From positions 99,542,180-99,606,179 of the forward strand of contig NC_068985.1 of NCBI RefSeq assembly GCF_001194135.2: 64,000 nt of DNA. The letters are read 5' to 3'. The position numbers and the translations under genes are program-made. This document shows positions 49,782 through 64,000 of the stretch, in pieces. Position 1 is the first letter of the stretch, and every line of letters starts with the position of its first letter. The notes beneath the pieces were generated by a model. That model was given only the letters and a program-made list of their open reading frames with translations, searched no databases and was not told the origin of the DNA. Origin of the DNA: Octopus bimaculoides. Taxonomy: Eukaryota.

Positions 49782-51142
49782 TGGAGGTAGAGAAAGGGAG
49801 AATGTATGTACTTCAGGGGAGATAATCACTTCATGTTTTTCTAGTTTTTAGGTTGGAATTTTTTTTCTCTAGTTAGAAGGAAAAGGAGAAGAACATTCAT
49901 GTTTTATACTAAGATCCTCTTTTATTACCAGAGTATCTTTGTTTGGTCCCATTTCGTCTTGATGAAGTCTCATCTGCACAGATTAATTCAAGATATGAAT
50001 TTAAGATAGTAAAGTTTCTTTTATCTTTTTTTCTCAGATCTTTAAACTAGTCGATGTAAAGTCACTTAAAAAGTTGAATTTGATTATTTTTTTTTTTACC
50101 AAAAGTAATGATTCAGAGCGAGACTGAGAGATAAAAATTCTGACGTAGTTCTTAATTATTTTTCTCTCCGTATATTGTCTACTGTATTCGCCCAATTTTA
50201 TATTCTGTATTTAATTTTAAAAGTTTCAAAAGACACCTACAGTGCTATTTGCTTTAGCTGATGTATTAAAACAAATTTTACATTGCGCAATTAGTGAGCA
50301 GAAGTAAAATTTTGGTAAACGATTCTTATATAACACCACTGCTAAATAAATAATTGTCCTTTATATATTTACTGCTACATTTAAAATATCGGTTATCTAT
50401 ATTTAATGAAAAAAGTTTATATTCTATATTCCGATTTTTAATGTTCAATTTAGTCTTACAATTTCTATGTTCATTGTAAAATTTATTACGACAATTGTTT
50501 TATTTTAATATAAATGTCTCACTGTATATTATTGTCATATTTTATTTAATAGCAGTATTCTTCCTTTTTAGCGAAATATTTCTGTGTCATTTAATATTCT
50601 GCTTCAATATTCTATTGACATTGCTAATAATCATTCCTAGTTTAATGTAATAAACACAAATCATAGTTTGCAAAAGTTAAAAGTTATTCTGCATATCATC
50701 ATAAGAATATATTTTTAATGGCATTGATTCGTCTCTGGTATTTAGTATTTGATTATAGATTTTCCAGACGAATTACTGCTCGCCGACACACACACCACAT
50801 ACACTCACTCACACATACACGCCAACACACGCACATGCACACACACACACTCGTACACGCACACACAGGCTTAATATTCAATGAGTGCAGTATTTAAGAG
50901 GGAGGTACAATATGCTTCTTGTCTCTGATGCTATAATGGGCAGACAAGCTTCTATAGCATGCCTACAGATATACGGCACGTTAGAAAGATATTCCGAGTG
51001 ATGAGTTATCAATAGTATAAAACTTATAACAGCTCGCATTTTAATACTGTCTTCATTGTATAATAGTCTACTCTCTGTATAAACACATATACATACACGC
51101 ACTAATACACGTATATATTCCTATATATGTATACACATACTT

Positions 51143-51176
<34 letters not shown>

Positions 51177-53938
51177 GTATAATGTATAACATATACTGTA
51201 TATATTTTGAATTCATATTCAAATAAGGAGAGAAGTTCACAATTCGTGCGTCCGAGAATCTAATTGATGTTATAACTTACTCACGTTGTGGACATAACTA
51301 TATAAATAGCCAAGTAAGACACTGGGACGTAGAACCACGCTTCATAGGGAGCAAATCATGTTCCCATAATACAGATAGATTCCTTTGAGTGAGCAGATAG
51401 CGAAATATGCAGGTATTATCCAACCAAACTTATTCAACCCCTTCTACGAGTGCAAAGAAACAATTTCTATACATGAAGGTGTAACTAACAAAAAAAATTT
51501 TATCGAACAATATAGGACGCGTCTAAATGTGAACGCATAGCCAACTTTGACTTCAGTACATATTTTAATTCATGATAACATACCCATCACTGTACATATT
51601 TTTCTCACTACTTCAAGTTTTAGGTTTTTGTTTCATACTTATCCCCTCCCCGAAAGATGAGCAATTGCCTCCCTTGTAACCAGTAACAACTATCATCAAT
51701 TACCTCTCCTTAAATGTTTCTACTTGTTGAATCATTCGTTCATAACTTCTCCACAAACAATATGGACTCAAATTTACTTAGAAAAGTACAAGCTGCGTTC
51801 TTTTTGTTTGTTTGTGCAAATGGGCGGTGGTCAGTATGAGCGCGCATACACAAATGTATGTATGAATGTATATATGTATGTATACATACACACGTACACA
51901 CATGCATATATATGTATATATATATATATANNNNNNNNNNNNNNNNNNNNNNNNNNNNNNNNNNNNNNNNNNNNNNNNNNNNNNNNNNNNNNNNNNNNNN
52001 NNNNNNNNNNNNNNNNNNNNNNNNNNNNNNNNNNNNNNNNNNNNNNNNNNNNNNNNNNNNNNNNNNNNNNNNNNNNNNNNNNNNNNNNNNNNNNNNNNNN
52101 NNNNNNNNNNNNNNNNNNNNNNNNNNNNNNNNNNNNNNNNNNNNNNNNNNNNNNNNNNNNNNNNNNNNNNNNNNNNNNNNNNNNNNNNNNNNNNNNNNNN
52201 NNNNNNNNNNNNNNNNNNNNNNNNNNNNNNNNNNNNNNNNNNNNNNNNNNNNNNNNNNNNNNNNNNNNNNNNNNNNNNNNNNNNNNNNNNNNNNNNNNNN
52301 NNNNNNNNNNNNNNNNNNNNNNNNNNNNNNNNNNNNNNNNNNNNNNNNNNNNNNNNNNNNNNNNNNNNNNNNNNNNNNNNNNNNNNNNNNNNNNNNNNNN
52401 NNNNNNNNNNNATATATATATATTCATATATATATATATACATATATATATACATACATACATATAATATATATGTATGTATGTATGTATGTGTGTGTGT
52501 GTATGTATGTGGTATATTTTAGGGTTCCGGTTGAGCGTTTCAACCAATTTTACGTGCTGTGTCTTGATCCGAGAGTCTTTTCTTTTTCTCTATGAGTTTT
52601 AAACACCATTAAAGCATTTTAATAGACAAAATCGTTTTATAAGAAGATAATTGATTCTTATAAAGATTATTTCAAATTAACTATTAAGTACTTAAGCCAT
52701 CTAACAACATTCTTCATTCATGTAAATTTTAGAGTCGGTACTCATTTCTTCTGTGATTTATTTTTCAAATACATGCTACAACATTGGCAACGCAACACAG
52801 TTTCCATGTATAGTGAAATACATTAAGTAGCTGATGATGGAAATGTTTGTATTTTGGGGATATAGTAAATATGAGGCGTACATTTCAATCTAAGAATGTT
52901 ATCTAATTTGAAAGCTCGTGGACTACGATGAATTCATATGTTTATATCGCAAAATTATTGTCATTGATAACCGTACTATGCTAGGATGATATTTAATAGT
53001 TTGTGTCTTTGGCAAATTTTGTGAAGGAGATAGTGGAGATTTCTGTAACAGGGAAATTGAAAATAATGCGCTACTAATATGTGAATAAGTCAGTGCGTTG
53101 AAGACTCTTCATATATGATGTGGGTGAGCTAAGCAATAACGGAAGAATCAAGAAAGGAATTGAAATTCTTCTGTAAATGGATCTCACTCTAAGTGTTTGT
53201 CGCATAACATTTCGTTCATAAGTTAACCTAGTATATATAATCATATTAATGTTCATAAATAACATATTTTATATATCCATATCATTGTTGTTATAACTGG
53301 TTGCAATAGTGGATTATATAATATTATATTGCATCCATTTAATCTATGAAATTAGTTTGTACTGATCTATTAGTGGAATGTTGGTTTTAAAGTATCATCT
53401 AGACTGCAGAAATATTGTATTATATGTAAAATATTTTCAACACATAAGTAAATTATTCGAATCACTAAAGTGAAACAAAACACCCCCAATATTGAAGCTG
53501 TGTAATTTTAGTCTCCTCAGCAAATGTCACTGACCCACTCTGCGAGGCCTTACGACAATGAAAGATATGAATTTACCGGAAACATAGCAAAGAACTAAGT
53601 GTTATTGAAACTTCTGAAAGTATTCAAACAACGTATAGTTTGGCTTTATATCTTAGTTTGGTTGTAGTTCCATTAACTTGAAACATGCTACAATTGTCAC
53701 TTTATAGTGGAATAGTGTAATGCTTCTACATTAATATAACGCCATCATTTTGAATACGAAAATTAAAGTTTGAGCACAATGAAGATTTGAATGAAAAATT
53801 CTGTGGAGACAAAATAATCCGTACCAAATCGCCAGTGATTTTGTAAATTTGTGTGGCGTTGTAAATATTATGCAGATATACCGAATATACATCCATTCTG
53901 TATATTATAATGCAAATATGGCATATACACGAATGCAT

Positions 53939-53991
<53 letters not shown>

Positions 53992-54699
53992 TAAGGATAG
54001 GTTCGCGCTCTCTCTTTACCCTCTCTTACACTTTCTCTGTGTATATATACAATTATGCACGCGCGATTACACACGCGCACACACACACGTGTAAAAATAA
54101 ATGATTTGTGTCTATATGAGTGCTCTTGCGTGTATGTCTGTGAATAAATATACGATGACATATGCTACTTAACTCTAATCGGTTGTGGAAAATATGTTAC
54201 GCCTGTTTATATGTTGAAGAACTTAAATGTTAATCACACTGCACTTGCTGTTTTGCAATATATACTATTTTTATTGAATGCTTCTATTTTTACATTATTG
54301 CTCCTTTTTCCACTGGTATTTCAGTACATTAATACTCTGTATTCGAATACAAATACACATACCTTCCTTTATATAAGTTCCTTGAAAATTGATTACATAT
54401 ATAATATGCATGAGGAAGCAATTTTAGTGTATACGGATTTACACATATATATATCTACATATGGATGAAGTGTGGATGCAGTATGGTCAAATGCTTAGGA
54501 AATCTGTTTCGTAATCATAAGATCCAGACTTCAATTCCAGGCTGAGTCAAATGAAGTAAAACTTGTAGAGGTAAATTAGGCAAGCGGAAGTGATGTATTA
54601 ACGTACCTGCAATCCAATGGTACAGCAATTTTCTTACAAATATCGCCTATAGTCTCAACCTGAGAATTGTAACACTTTTACGTATGTATCTTTTATTTT

Positions 54700-55273
54700 T
54701 TATTTGTGCTAGTCATTCGTGGCGGTCCTACTTTGGCAATGCTTCGAAGGTTTTGGAATAAAACAGATCAAAGACGGTAGTAAGTCTTTATGTACCAGAT
54801 CAAGTACTTATGGTATCACTCTGCTCTCCCGAACCGCTACCTTATAGGGTTGTAAACAGACCAACACCAGCTGTCAAGCCATTGAGTAGGAGAAACACTC
54901 TCTCTTGCATATATATACATATATATATATATATATGACGAGCTTCCACATAGTTTCCGGTTATAAGNNNNNNNNNNNNNNNNNNNNNNNNNNNNNNNNN
55001 NNNNNNNNNNNNNNNNNNNNNNNNNNNNNNNNNNNNNNNNNNNNNNNNNNNNNNNNNNNNNNNNNNNNNNNNNNNNNNNNNNNNNNNNNNNNNNNNNNNN
55101 NNNNNNNNNNNNNNNNNNNNNNNNNNNNNNNNNNNNNNNNNNNNNNNNNNNNNNNNNNNNNNNNNNNNNNNNNNNNNNNNNNNNNNNNNNNNNNNNNNNN
55201 NNNNNNNNNNNNNNNNNNNNNNNNNNNNNNNNNNNNNNNNNNNNNNNNNNNNNNNNNNNNNNNNNNNNATATA

Positions 55274-55310
<37 letters not shown>

Positions 55311-55478
55311 GACGAGCTTCCACATAGTTTCCGGTTATAAGTATATCAAATCCACTCGCAAAACTTCGGTCGACCAGTGGATTTAGTAGAAAAAAATTTG
55401 TTCAACGTCCCGAGCAGTCGTACTGAACCTGCAACCACATAGTTGCAAAGAAAACTCTTAGTCACACAGCCGTGCCTG
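54700..55478 (-). mobile_element. SINE family A, full length, interrupted by an N gap with duplicated flanks
   Basis: CCGAACCGCTA..GTAAACAGACCAACACCAGCTGTCAAGC..(TA)n..CAAATCCACTCGCAA..TACTGAACC.GCAACCACAT.GTTGCAA..CTTAGTCACACAGCC. Confidence 0.8.
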
Positions 55479-57330
55479 CAACTAATGAATCGAATAGTTT
55501 ATCATTATAGTTATATAATAATATTATTATTATATAATTAGTATCATATTATTGGTGATCCATGGACTCACTTTGTATGTTATGGAAACTATGCAAATCC
55601 CAACATCTGAAATAAGTCGATAATCAGTTAGTTGCTTCGTATTTCCATTTCATACGGAACAGAAACAATCTTCAGTTGTTTTCCACTCAGTGAAATCACC
55701 CACTAAAAAACTGCAGTACACTAAAAAAAAACAGTCTTCTTGCATCCCATTATTATTTAACCTTACATACATCCTCTGAATATTGATAATTATATTGCCC
55801 GTCCTCTTACTAATTATAACACATTCTTCAAAAACATCCAAACAATAAAGTCGAATAAACAAACAAACAAACGAACGATGAAATAAACCATGAATAGCAG
55901 AAACAGTTGTTTTATATTTTTTCAGAAATATTTCCAAGTACTGCTTTAGTTCTACTTTCACCAAAAAGATTAACCTCAGTTCAAAAGTTGCTAATTAATT
56001 TTACTCGAAGATGACATTTCTGTATAATGCATGCCTAACGTTAATTCACTTGTGATTTTCAACCAAATATTACTACGCTCTTTCAAGTATATTCCAAAAC
56101 AATGAGTGGATTAAGTATCATTCTGGTTCAGTTACATTTAAACAACGCCGGAAACCATTAACATATTATGATTAAAGGAAGAAAGTGAAAAACAGAATTC
56201 CTTCGTTTTCGTTTTCCTCAATGTTTCTGCTTTACTGTGCATATTTGTCTATCTTGTCAATAAAACCAATTTAACTTCTCTGAACAGTTCAAAATGAAGA
56301 GAAAATTCAATCTGTTTTGGAAAATCGGTGATGATTTATAAAATGAAATAGCCAGAACGAAAAGCAAATTGCTTTTGTTTAGAGATTTTTAAAAAGGAAT
56401 TGTGTTGACGTAAATGCGAATTGTTGAATTAAATTGTACTTAGGGTTACTCAAATGGAGCGAAATCTTTCGCTAAACCATTTCAATGTCTGGATATTATT
56501 GAAATTCTATTGTTAATAAAATTCCAATTTGACTTTGCCACTCTCTTCTACAAGACACAGGTCTTCTTAATGGACAATACCTGAAAAAAAAACAAAAAAA
56601 AAAACAAACAAAAAAAAACAAAACAAAACAAAAAACGATTAAATAAACCATGAATAGTAGAAATAATTGTTTGACATTTCATTCAGAAATATTTGCAAGT
56701 GATACAAGGCTTTAGTTCTGCTTTTAAAACAGACTTTTAAATAAGTCTTGTGTGTACAATATAGCTCTCTAAAAGTCGCACATTTACCTCCACACTGTCT
56801 CTCACAGTTTTAAAAACAATGTTTCTCCAAAATTTTCTTTAACTGATGGGACGACGTTGATTTTTTTAAAAACATATAATCTTTATTTTCAGACTACACA
56901 CACTTTGGTACTTTACTTCATCGTTGTATTAGGTTCCCAAGATTCTTGGTGTGAATTCGTGTGTTGAAACAAGTGTTGAAACAAGCTGTGACTTCGGAGG
57001 GTCGTTACGCCAATAGTATTGATAACACACGCACCACTTTGTGTGTTACTATTGTTGGCGTTATGACACTTTCAATTCACCTTGGTACTACACGAAATAA
57101 TCTTCATCAACTAAATTTTGCCTGTCTCTTTGTCTAACATATGCAATCACAATTATCTTAAAATTACTATAAGTTATGGAGGTGTTCCGCTTCATATTTC
57201 AAACCACTTGTTAATACGTAAAGGACAATATTTAAACTGTAAGAACAAAACAGTAATTTAGTAAATACTTTTTGTAATATCAGAGTAAATAATTTCGACT
57301 ACATCATTTTTTAATAATCGCCATGTTCAA

Positions 57331-57367
<37 letters not shown>

Positions 57368-59163
57368 GATGGCGTTTCAATTTCCATTGTGATTAAACAT
57401 ATATAATATCGATTGCATCTTTCGGATGTATTAGACATGTGGATCGCATTAATTTTTCCTTCCAGTGAACCTGGAAGGACTGAGGTTATGCTGAGGTATC
57501 AAACCATAGCTGTTTCTAATGTCAGTTTTCTACCAATCACGGAAAATATAGTACAATAATTATACATTGTTGCAATTTAGTCAGTTAATAATGATTAGAC
57601 CTTGTAATGAGAATATTTCCTTCGGTTTCACTTTGCGAGAATTAATTTTAAGAAACAGTGAAGACAAAATAAAGTTGTTAAGACCTGTTTCTAAACGATT
57701 TTATTAAGCAGCTGTATTTTCTATGCTCATTTAATTTCCATAGAAAAGATTTCAACTGGTATTTCTGTCTCTATATGTTTATGTAACTGCTTCCTTTTGT
57801 TTCAGGTTACATGTTTTATCACTGTCTCACTTTTCTTTCTCTTGCACCGTTTTTGATTCTCCAATTTCTGATATTGTTTCTGGTTTGTTATTTTTCCTTT
57901 AGGAACATATAGAAAATGATTCGTAATTCATAATGTTTGGATTGTTCTCTTTAGATTTTTGCCTTCCGAAATATGATCACTCTTTGATTTTCACTTTTTG
58001 TTTCCATCGTTTGCCTTTATTTCAACCTTCCTTTCATAAAAAGAGTGTATGTTATCTATTGTCTAGTCGATGTCTTAATACAATTGAATTCATTATACAG
58101 AATCTGCGTCGCTTCAGCTTTGCAAAGTAAACAGTGAAAAAATAAAATGTCTCAAAATAGCAGCATAATGAAACACCAAATAGCATCGTCTAACATTAGC
58201 TGAACCAAATTCATTTAATTTTTTTCACATACAGAATAAGTTTGGTTTTTACGTCCTTTATCGTGTGACACACTTAATATGTAAAGCTTTTCTATGCAAA
58301 CCACAATAAAGTCAAAAGAAGTAAAAATGATTACTATGCATTCAAAGATATCATAAGAGAGCTGTTTCATCTTATGAGTCAAACATATATCAAAAGTGCA
58401 GTTGAGCAATGCGAAAACAATCCGTAAGAACGCAATGAATGTTATCTGTTTTTGATTCATTAAAATGTTTTGTGTTTTAGCAATTGTAGATTCAGTCATA
58501 GTGTGCTGCTTAATTCCCCTTGATAAGCATTAACTGCAGAGAAGGAATATAGCAAACAAAACAGTAATTTTGTTTTTCATAGATCAAGCGAAAATGACAT
58601 TTGATTTCAATCGGGAACGTAATGTAGCATTCTCTGAACGCTAATTAATTTGACAATCATCTTTGAGTATACAATTACCAACTGACGAAATGCTGAGACT
58701 ATAAGTGGTTAATATAGCATATTCATACTTTACTAAAGGTATTGCTAATCTAGTCTATAGAAGCTGTGATGATAAGTCTATTTGAATAATAATACTGATT
58801 AATTGAACTAAATGTTACCAAGATATAATTTATAAGTAGGTAGCTTTGAGTTACTTGTTTAGAATTACATTAAAAAAAAACAACATCTAAACACATGCAA
58901 ATGTGAATACACAAGCAAAACAACATACACCGGACCCACACAAATGGAAACCTCCACTCAGTCAGTTGTTTCCACATAAACGCTTGAGAGGAATATTATG
59001 AGAGTGGATAATGCAGTCTATGTATGAAGATTTACAGTAGTGTGCTTTTGTATTTAACTCTAGATCTAATTCACTTGAAAATTTAACACACTCATCCGTA
59101 ACATTTCCACTCATTTATATATTTTTCTCAAATTTTCGTTGCGTTTTGCAACCTTTTCAATAG

Positions 59164-59765
59164 TTATTGACACTGTCCCTTATTGATGCTGCGTTCTATT
59201 TGCTTGTTTGTGCGCATGCGTATGGTCAGTGTGTGTGTGTATACACATGTATGTATGTGTGTGTTTGTATGTATGTATGCATATGTGTGTATGCATGTAT
59301 GCATATGTGTGTGCGTATGTATATATGTATGCATGTGTGTACGTTTGTATGTATGTATTCTGCCTGCATATTCATGTGTTTGTGTGTCTTTGCGTGTGTG
59401 TTTGTTTGCATGTGTATGTGTACCTTTGTCTAATTTTGTGTGCATGTCTGAGTGTGTATGTGTGTGTCTATGGGTTTCATTTTGCAACTATGTACTGTGT
59501 CTGTATGTGTGGATGTTTATCTCCGTATGTGTGGATGTGTGTCTCCATATGTGTCCTTGTGTGAAGTGAAGGGTGTGAGTATATATGATTATGTGTTTCA
59601 GCCTTCATTTGTGTACGTGTGTGTATGTGTGTTTGTCTATTCATATAAACTATGTACCTATCCGTTTGTATGTCTATCTGTTTACATTCATATGTATATA
59701 CCTACATACAAGTGCATATACATATAGACATATACACATACGCCTACACACACATACATACATCT
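59164..59765. repeat. Degenerate (TG)/(TGTA)/(CATA) low-complexity field
   Basis: About 600 bp of decayed dinucleotide and tetranucleotide repeats; source of the C/V/M/Y-rich ORFs. Confidence 0.9.
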
Positions 59766-59829
59766 ATCTACATAACAGCCCACTAACTATTCTACTCCAG
59801 CTGTGGGTTTGGAGTATGCTATCTACTAC

Positions 59830-60420
59830 GTATATTTCCTATTTTGTACTGGAGATGTTTCATTTATGAGGACGTACTCCTGTATTTGTTTGAGAGTTGC
59901 GCCCTTTGCGTGCTTGGATAAGATTCAGATGTCAAGTTGACCCATGTTGGCTCCATGTTGACGCTTGGCACGTTGGTAGAGTATGGAGGACTTTATTATC
60001 GTCATGTGGTCTCAAATGTTCATTTAGTCGTTCCTAGATGTTTCCCCTATATATGTCATGTTCATGTCTTTACACACACGGTCTATGCATCTTATGCTGC
60101 AAACTATATTTCTAGTTCTACAGTTAATGTCACGGCTAATCCTACATAACATGCAGTTATCATTGATGTATATGGTATTCTGAAAGGGGTACGTCTTACA
60201 TAGTTGTGATCTGATGGAGTTCCCTGGCTCATAAACAATCATAATATTGAGTTTGGTCTCCTTCAGAGCTTTCCTAAATCTACGGGCTAGTTCTCCACGG
60301 GCTGTGACTCCTACAAACATCACTCCTTGATATTTGTCGGTCGGTTTTATACCACGTGTTCAACCTGTTTGCTTTGTCACAAGCCTTTGTTTCTATATCT
60401 AGGGCAGCTGCCACTGGTAT
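59830..60420 (-). mobile_element. Penelope-like element remnant with Cys-rich linker and GIY-YIG endonuclease (Neptune-like layout)
   Basis: NTWYKT../VMFVGVTARGELARRFRKALKETKLNIMIVYEPGNSIRSQLCKTYPF..NDNCMLC..NCRTRNIVCSIRC..VC..TYIGETSR/RLNEH..SSILYQRAKRQHG..DI*ILSKH..LKQIQEYVLINETSP. Confidence 0.85.
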
Positions 60421-61678
60421 CATGTGAGTGTGTTAAATTATAAGGCACTGAAAGGGAATGGTTCTCCCCAGACACAACAGAATATGCTTCAACACACGTA
60501 CTCACATTTAGAATCACGCAAACCAAATCCAAAAACGAAATGCTTTACTTGCCTTAACTTGAATTGAACCCAGAATCAGGTTTCACACTACAAAATACCA
60601 GATATTGAAAAAATGAAATAATTTCCTCATTTAGGAAAACTTCAGCTGGTGGTAATACAAGTAGCTCCGCTATTTAAATCAGACATAAAATTTTAGAGAA
60701 TTTACTAGACTTCGAAGAGAAGAATACAAAGGAAAATTTTGGAAACAAAAATAGATTCTATGAGATATTATTTACACGCACTGCAAGCCATTCACAAAAT
60801 CCTTTAACCAAAAGAAAATCAACGAGTTAAAGGAAATATGTGAGGCGTGACAACGGAACTAGTCTCATACATCATTTCTAAAACTGATTTGTCAAGATGT
60901 CGACGATCTCAACGATAATTTTGGCTTTAGCCAAGAGAGGTTACGTCATGATGCTTGAAAAACATTTGAGATTTGTGTTGCCGATAAGATTGATGCTCAG
61001 CTTAACTTGTGCATTGAAATTTGGTTAGGAATTGAAGAAAAAAAAAGTTAGGTATGCAGTAATTTCTATATGGTTAGAGTTTCGTGTGAAAATTAATTTA
61101 CCTCTCGATTCGAAAAAAATGGCTATTTTGTAAAAGTGATGCAATTTCTAGTTCGGAGGAAAATTTCTTCATGCAATATAAAGTAAGGACAAAAACAGAC
61201 TCATCGTGATCGAAAACACTTTAGGGGGACATTTCGGTTGGTGTATGGAATGCTTTTGAATGTGTAGCGCTGAAGTTTGTTGACAGAAATATGATCTGTT
61301 ATGAACTACTGTCTGGACATCTGAAAAAGACATCTCAGGTTTAGTATATAATATATCACTCGGTTATGCAAGGAATATGATTAGTGATAGAAAGGCGTGT
61401 TATTAACTGCGAATTTGAAAGGATTAAGCGCCTGTTGACAATAGAAAGGAAAGATGTATTGGAGAATTGTTTCTTTTATTTATATCAGGATAGCTTTTAG
61501 GCATCGTAGGTATAAAGATTGATAATGGAATTCTATGCGATTGTCAGGTTTCCTTTGATGGTTATTCTCAAGATATCTGTTTAGGGAGGCCGTACAATTC
61601 AGGTGATTTACATACATATACACATAGATGTACATACGCATGAGTGTGTGTGTGTGTGTGCGCTGGCGTATTCAGATG

Positions 61679-61770
<92 letters not shown>

Positions 61771-62379
61771 CAGCGTAAATCAAAATTCCCTTCAGCTTTT
61801 AAATGATATATTAACAAAAAAGTTACCTCGTTATAATCTTGTTTCCATTCGTTCCTTACACTGACTACTTTCCACAATTAAAAGGACCTTGTGAACTATC
61901 TATGCATAGATTTTAATATATTTTAGAAAAACCGCAATGGCAAAATGATGTTAGAATATACATCGTTCTAAAAATGGTGTAGTGCGTGTGTGTATGTTTG
62001 TGCAATTGTGCGTTCGTGTATTTGTGTATGTGTGTATGTATACGCTTGTATGTACGTGTGTGTGTGTCAATGCGAACTACGAGTGTGCCTGTGGTTTGTA
62101 TGAAGCCAACTTATTGGGGAAATATAACCGCAGAGTATGATTTTGGTCGTAAATCACATCACAGCAGAGCAGTGCACCGTTTATTAGTATAGTCTACTAA
62201 AAACGCAGTGCTACAGTTAATTCCGTTAATCTCTCTACTAAATTTCTTCATTTTTAATTCATGAGTTTTACCTTAATGAATCAAACAGAAGTGTGCCGCT
62301 ATCATAAATTCTGCTTTTATGTCCAACTATCCGCCTACTGGAATTTACATTCATCTCTCAATATTCAGGAAAGTGAAAG

Positions 62380-62774
62380 TACCATCATTTACCAACGACG
62401 ACGGAGTGATTAGATATTTGAAAGAATACACAAATTACGCTAAAAAAACAAACATGGATATATCCATACTTGCTGTTATTACACCTACGTTGATCCTGCT
62501 GCGGATATTACTCTTAATAAAACTGCAAACGTTCACGCTTACTGCTTTCTTGGTGTTGCTTCTTCTTCTAACACTGAATATGATAGTATGTCTCTGTTTG
62601 TTGCTTCTGCTGATCTTAACAATGTTATTCCCTACTGCCGTTGCTTTTGTCAAACCCACACTTGCTAATACTATGCAACCACTAGGGCATCTCTTGGCTT
62701 TGCTACTGACACACCACACCCTAGAGCTGCTGTCTCTAGTGCTGCTGTCTCTAGTGCTGGAACAATGCTAGTGT

Positions 62775-62835
<61 letters not shown>

Positions 62836-62850
62836 GTCATTACCACCGCC
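62380..62850. repeat. Decayed trinucleotide field grading into pure (TAC)n (62774-62835)
   Basis: GCT/ACT/GTT/CTT periodicity and a short tandem CTAGTGCTGCTGTCT. Confidence 0.7.
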
Positions 62851-62869
62851 ACTATTGCCATTGTTACTC

Positions 62870-63470
62870 TAACTAGCCTGGCATTATGTTTAGAAAAACA
62901 TCTGTTCTTCCAACTCCGTTATTCCTGCACTTATCTTCTATAAAGTTGTAGACTTCACAGAAGGCGACCCTTTGTCTATTTAGGTGTTTCCCATTGTGCT
63001 GTCTGACATGACACTATTACATGGCCCTTGGCTAATTTTAGCGACGTTTGTTCTGATCTAATCAATTCTTCCATGCTTTGACCTGACGGTTACTACAAAT
63101 TCTCAGTTCACCGCCACAGTTAAGTCTCCCTCGAAATGTCAAAACAGAAATACGTACTCTGGAGAATTCTTCTCATCCTCTTCAATGATCATGAACATTT
63201 TTCCGATTTATATCTCACCCTTCATCATTGACTCACAAGAAAACAACAGATATTCATCCGTTCTCAAGCTAAAATAAATCTTTCTGTTCCTATCCGATCC
63301 AATTGTAGCTGTCCAGGCCTCACTCCCTAATCTAACATGATTCTCAAATACGTCTATGTCTACATAGACTCTAATCTATTTATCACTAGACTCTCTCAGT
63401 TTCCCCGTCTACTCTGGAACAATTTATACTCTTCTACCCACCTCAATATGTATGCAGTTGCTATCGTTAT
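62870..63470 (-). mobile_element. Very degenerate RTE-type LINE 3' remnant
   Basis: Minus strand includes LGSEAW (cf. GSETW) and AGGTCAAAGCATGGAAGAA (GRP.K.WEE-like), ending TGCCAGGCTAG next to a (TAG)n tail-like repeat. Many stops. Confidence 0.5.
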
Positions 63471-63747
63471 CCTAATTCTGATAATCACCAATTTCTCTTA
63501 AAACGTTTTTCATCCTACATTAATGATACATATTTCATACGCATTTTCACAAAAAATTCACAACACCTCGTGGCACTAACTATCGTCATACTATTTCATT
63601 TATAGCTTATTCTGTGTTATAATAACTATGTGACGAATGGTCACTTAAATCTCTACATAACAGCTTTAATAACATATTATTTTGCTCCACATTTTGTATT
63701 CGGGAAGCTACTTTTTCCCGTTTGTTTTGGATCTACGTGCTTACGTG

Positions 63748-63816
<69 letters not shown>

Positions 63817-64000
63817 CTATGGACGGACGGTAGACGTGTCGGCTCCGTAAGTTTTGCCTTTTTCATGTTTTAAAAAGTTTGTTTGTAAAGTTTATTTTAT
63901 ATACAAAGTTGTATAACAACGTGTAGACTCTCTGATGCAAGTTTTTTGCGACGGAAATCTGCCCTGTGTGGCACATTTCCAGGATATAAAAACCAATTTC

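Larger units (their letters stand above)
2212..55268. other. 17 assembly gaps (N runs), about 4.7 kb in total
   Basis: 2212-2515, 7428-8081, 11060-11432, 14932-15111, 21217-21529, 23040-23353, 24567-24954, 27411-27530, 28335-28958, 30312-30512, 33695-34028, 36076-36085, 37159-37180, 39449-39464, 48996-49039, 51931-52410 and 54968-55268. Most abut microsatellites. Confidence 0.98.

Noticed and set aside
55850-56730. About 120-bp local duplication (55850-55965 and 56620-56730), with a strong minus-strand acceptor at about 56582
   Set aside because: Downstream frames close within 28 codons and the other copy lacks the acceptor; likely an old duplication next to an A-rich tract.
62319-62771. 150-aa Leu-rich ORF resembling a membrane protein
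   Set aside because: Produced by a decayed trinucleotide repeat that grades into (TAC)n.

Overview
AT-rich, repeat-dense eukaryotic DNA with no confidently identifiable protein-coding gene. The SINE families and microsatellite load match what I recall of Octopus genomes, and the 17 N-gaps (about 4.7 kb, mostly beside microsatellites) point to a short-read assembly; both are inferences. Most ORF-track entries are microsatellite or N-run artefacts. Supportable content: three tRNA-derived SINE families (about 20 copies), an R4/Dong-type non-LTR 3' fragment, two CR1/L2-type fragments, an RTE-like remnant, mariner remnants, two Penelope-like element (PLE) GIY-YIG remnants and a 38-bp minisatellite. 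The most interesting signal is at 1662-3995. It is an alternately oriented PLE array whose terminal repeat carries a tRNA-like A/B-box module, an (AAT)n linker and a minimal type-I hammerhead ribozyme fold (further copy at 47106). A Dong-like element has inserted into that linker. A second, more degenerate hammerhead-like family occurs at 20661 and 36353. No single copy has a fully canonical core, so the fold is a cross-copy reconstruction and activity is untested.
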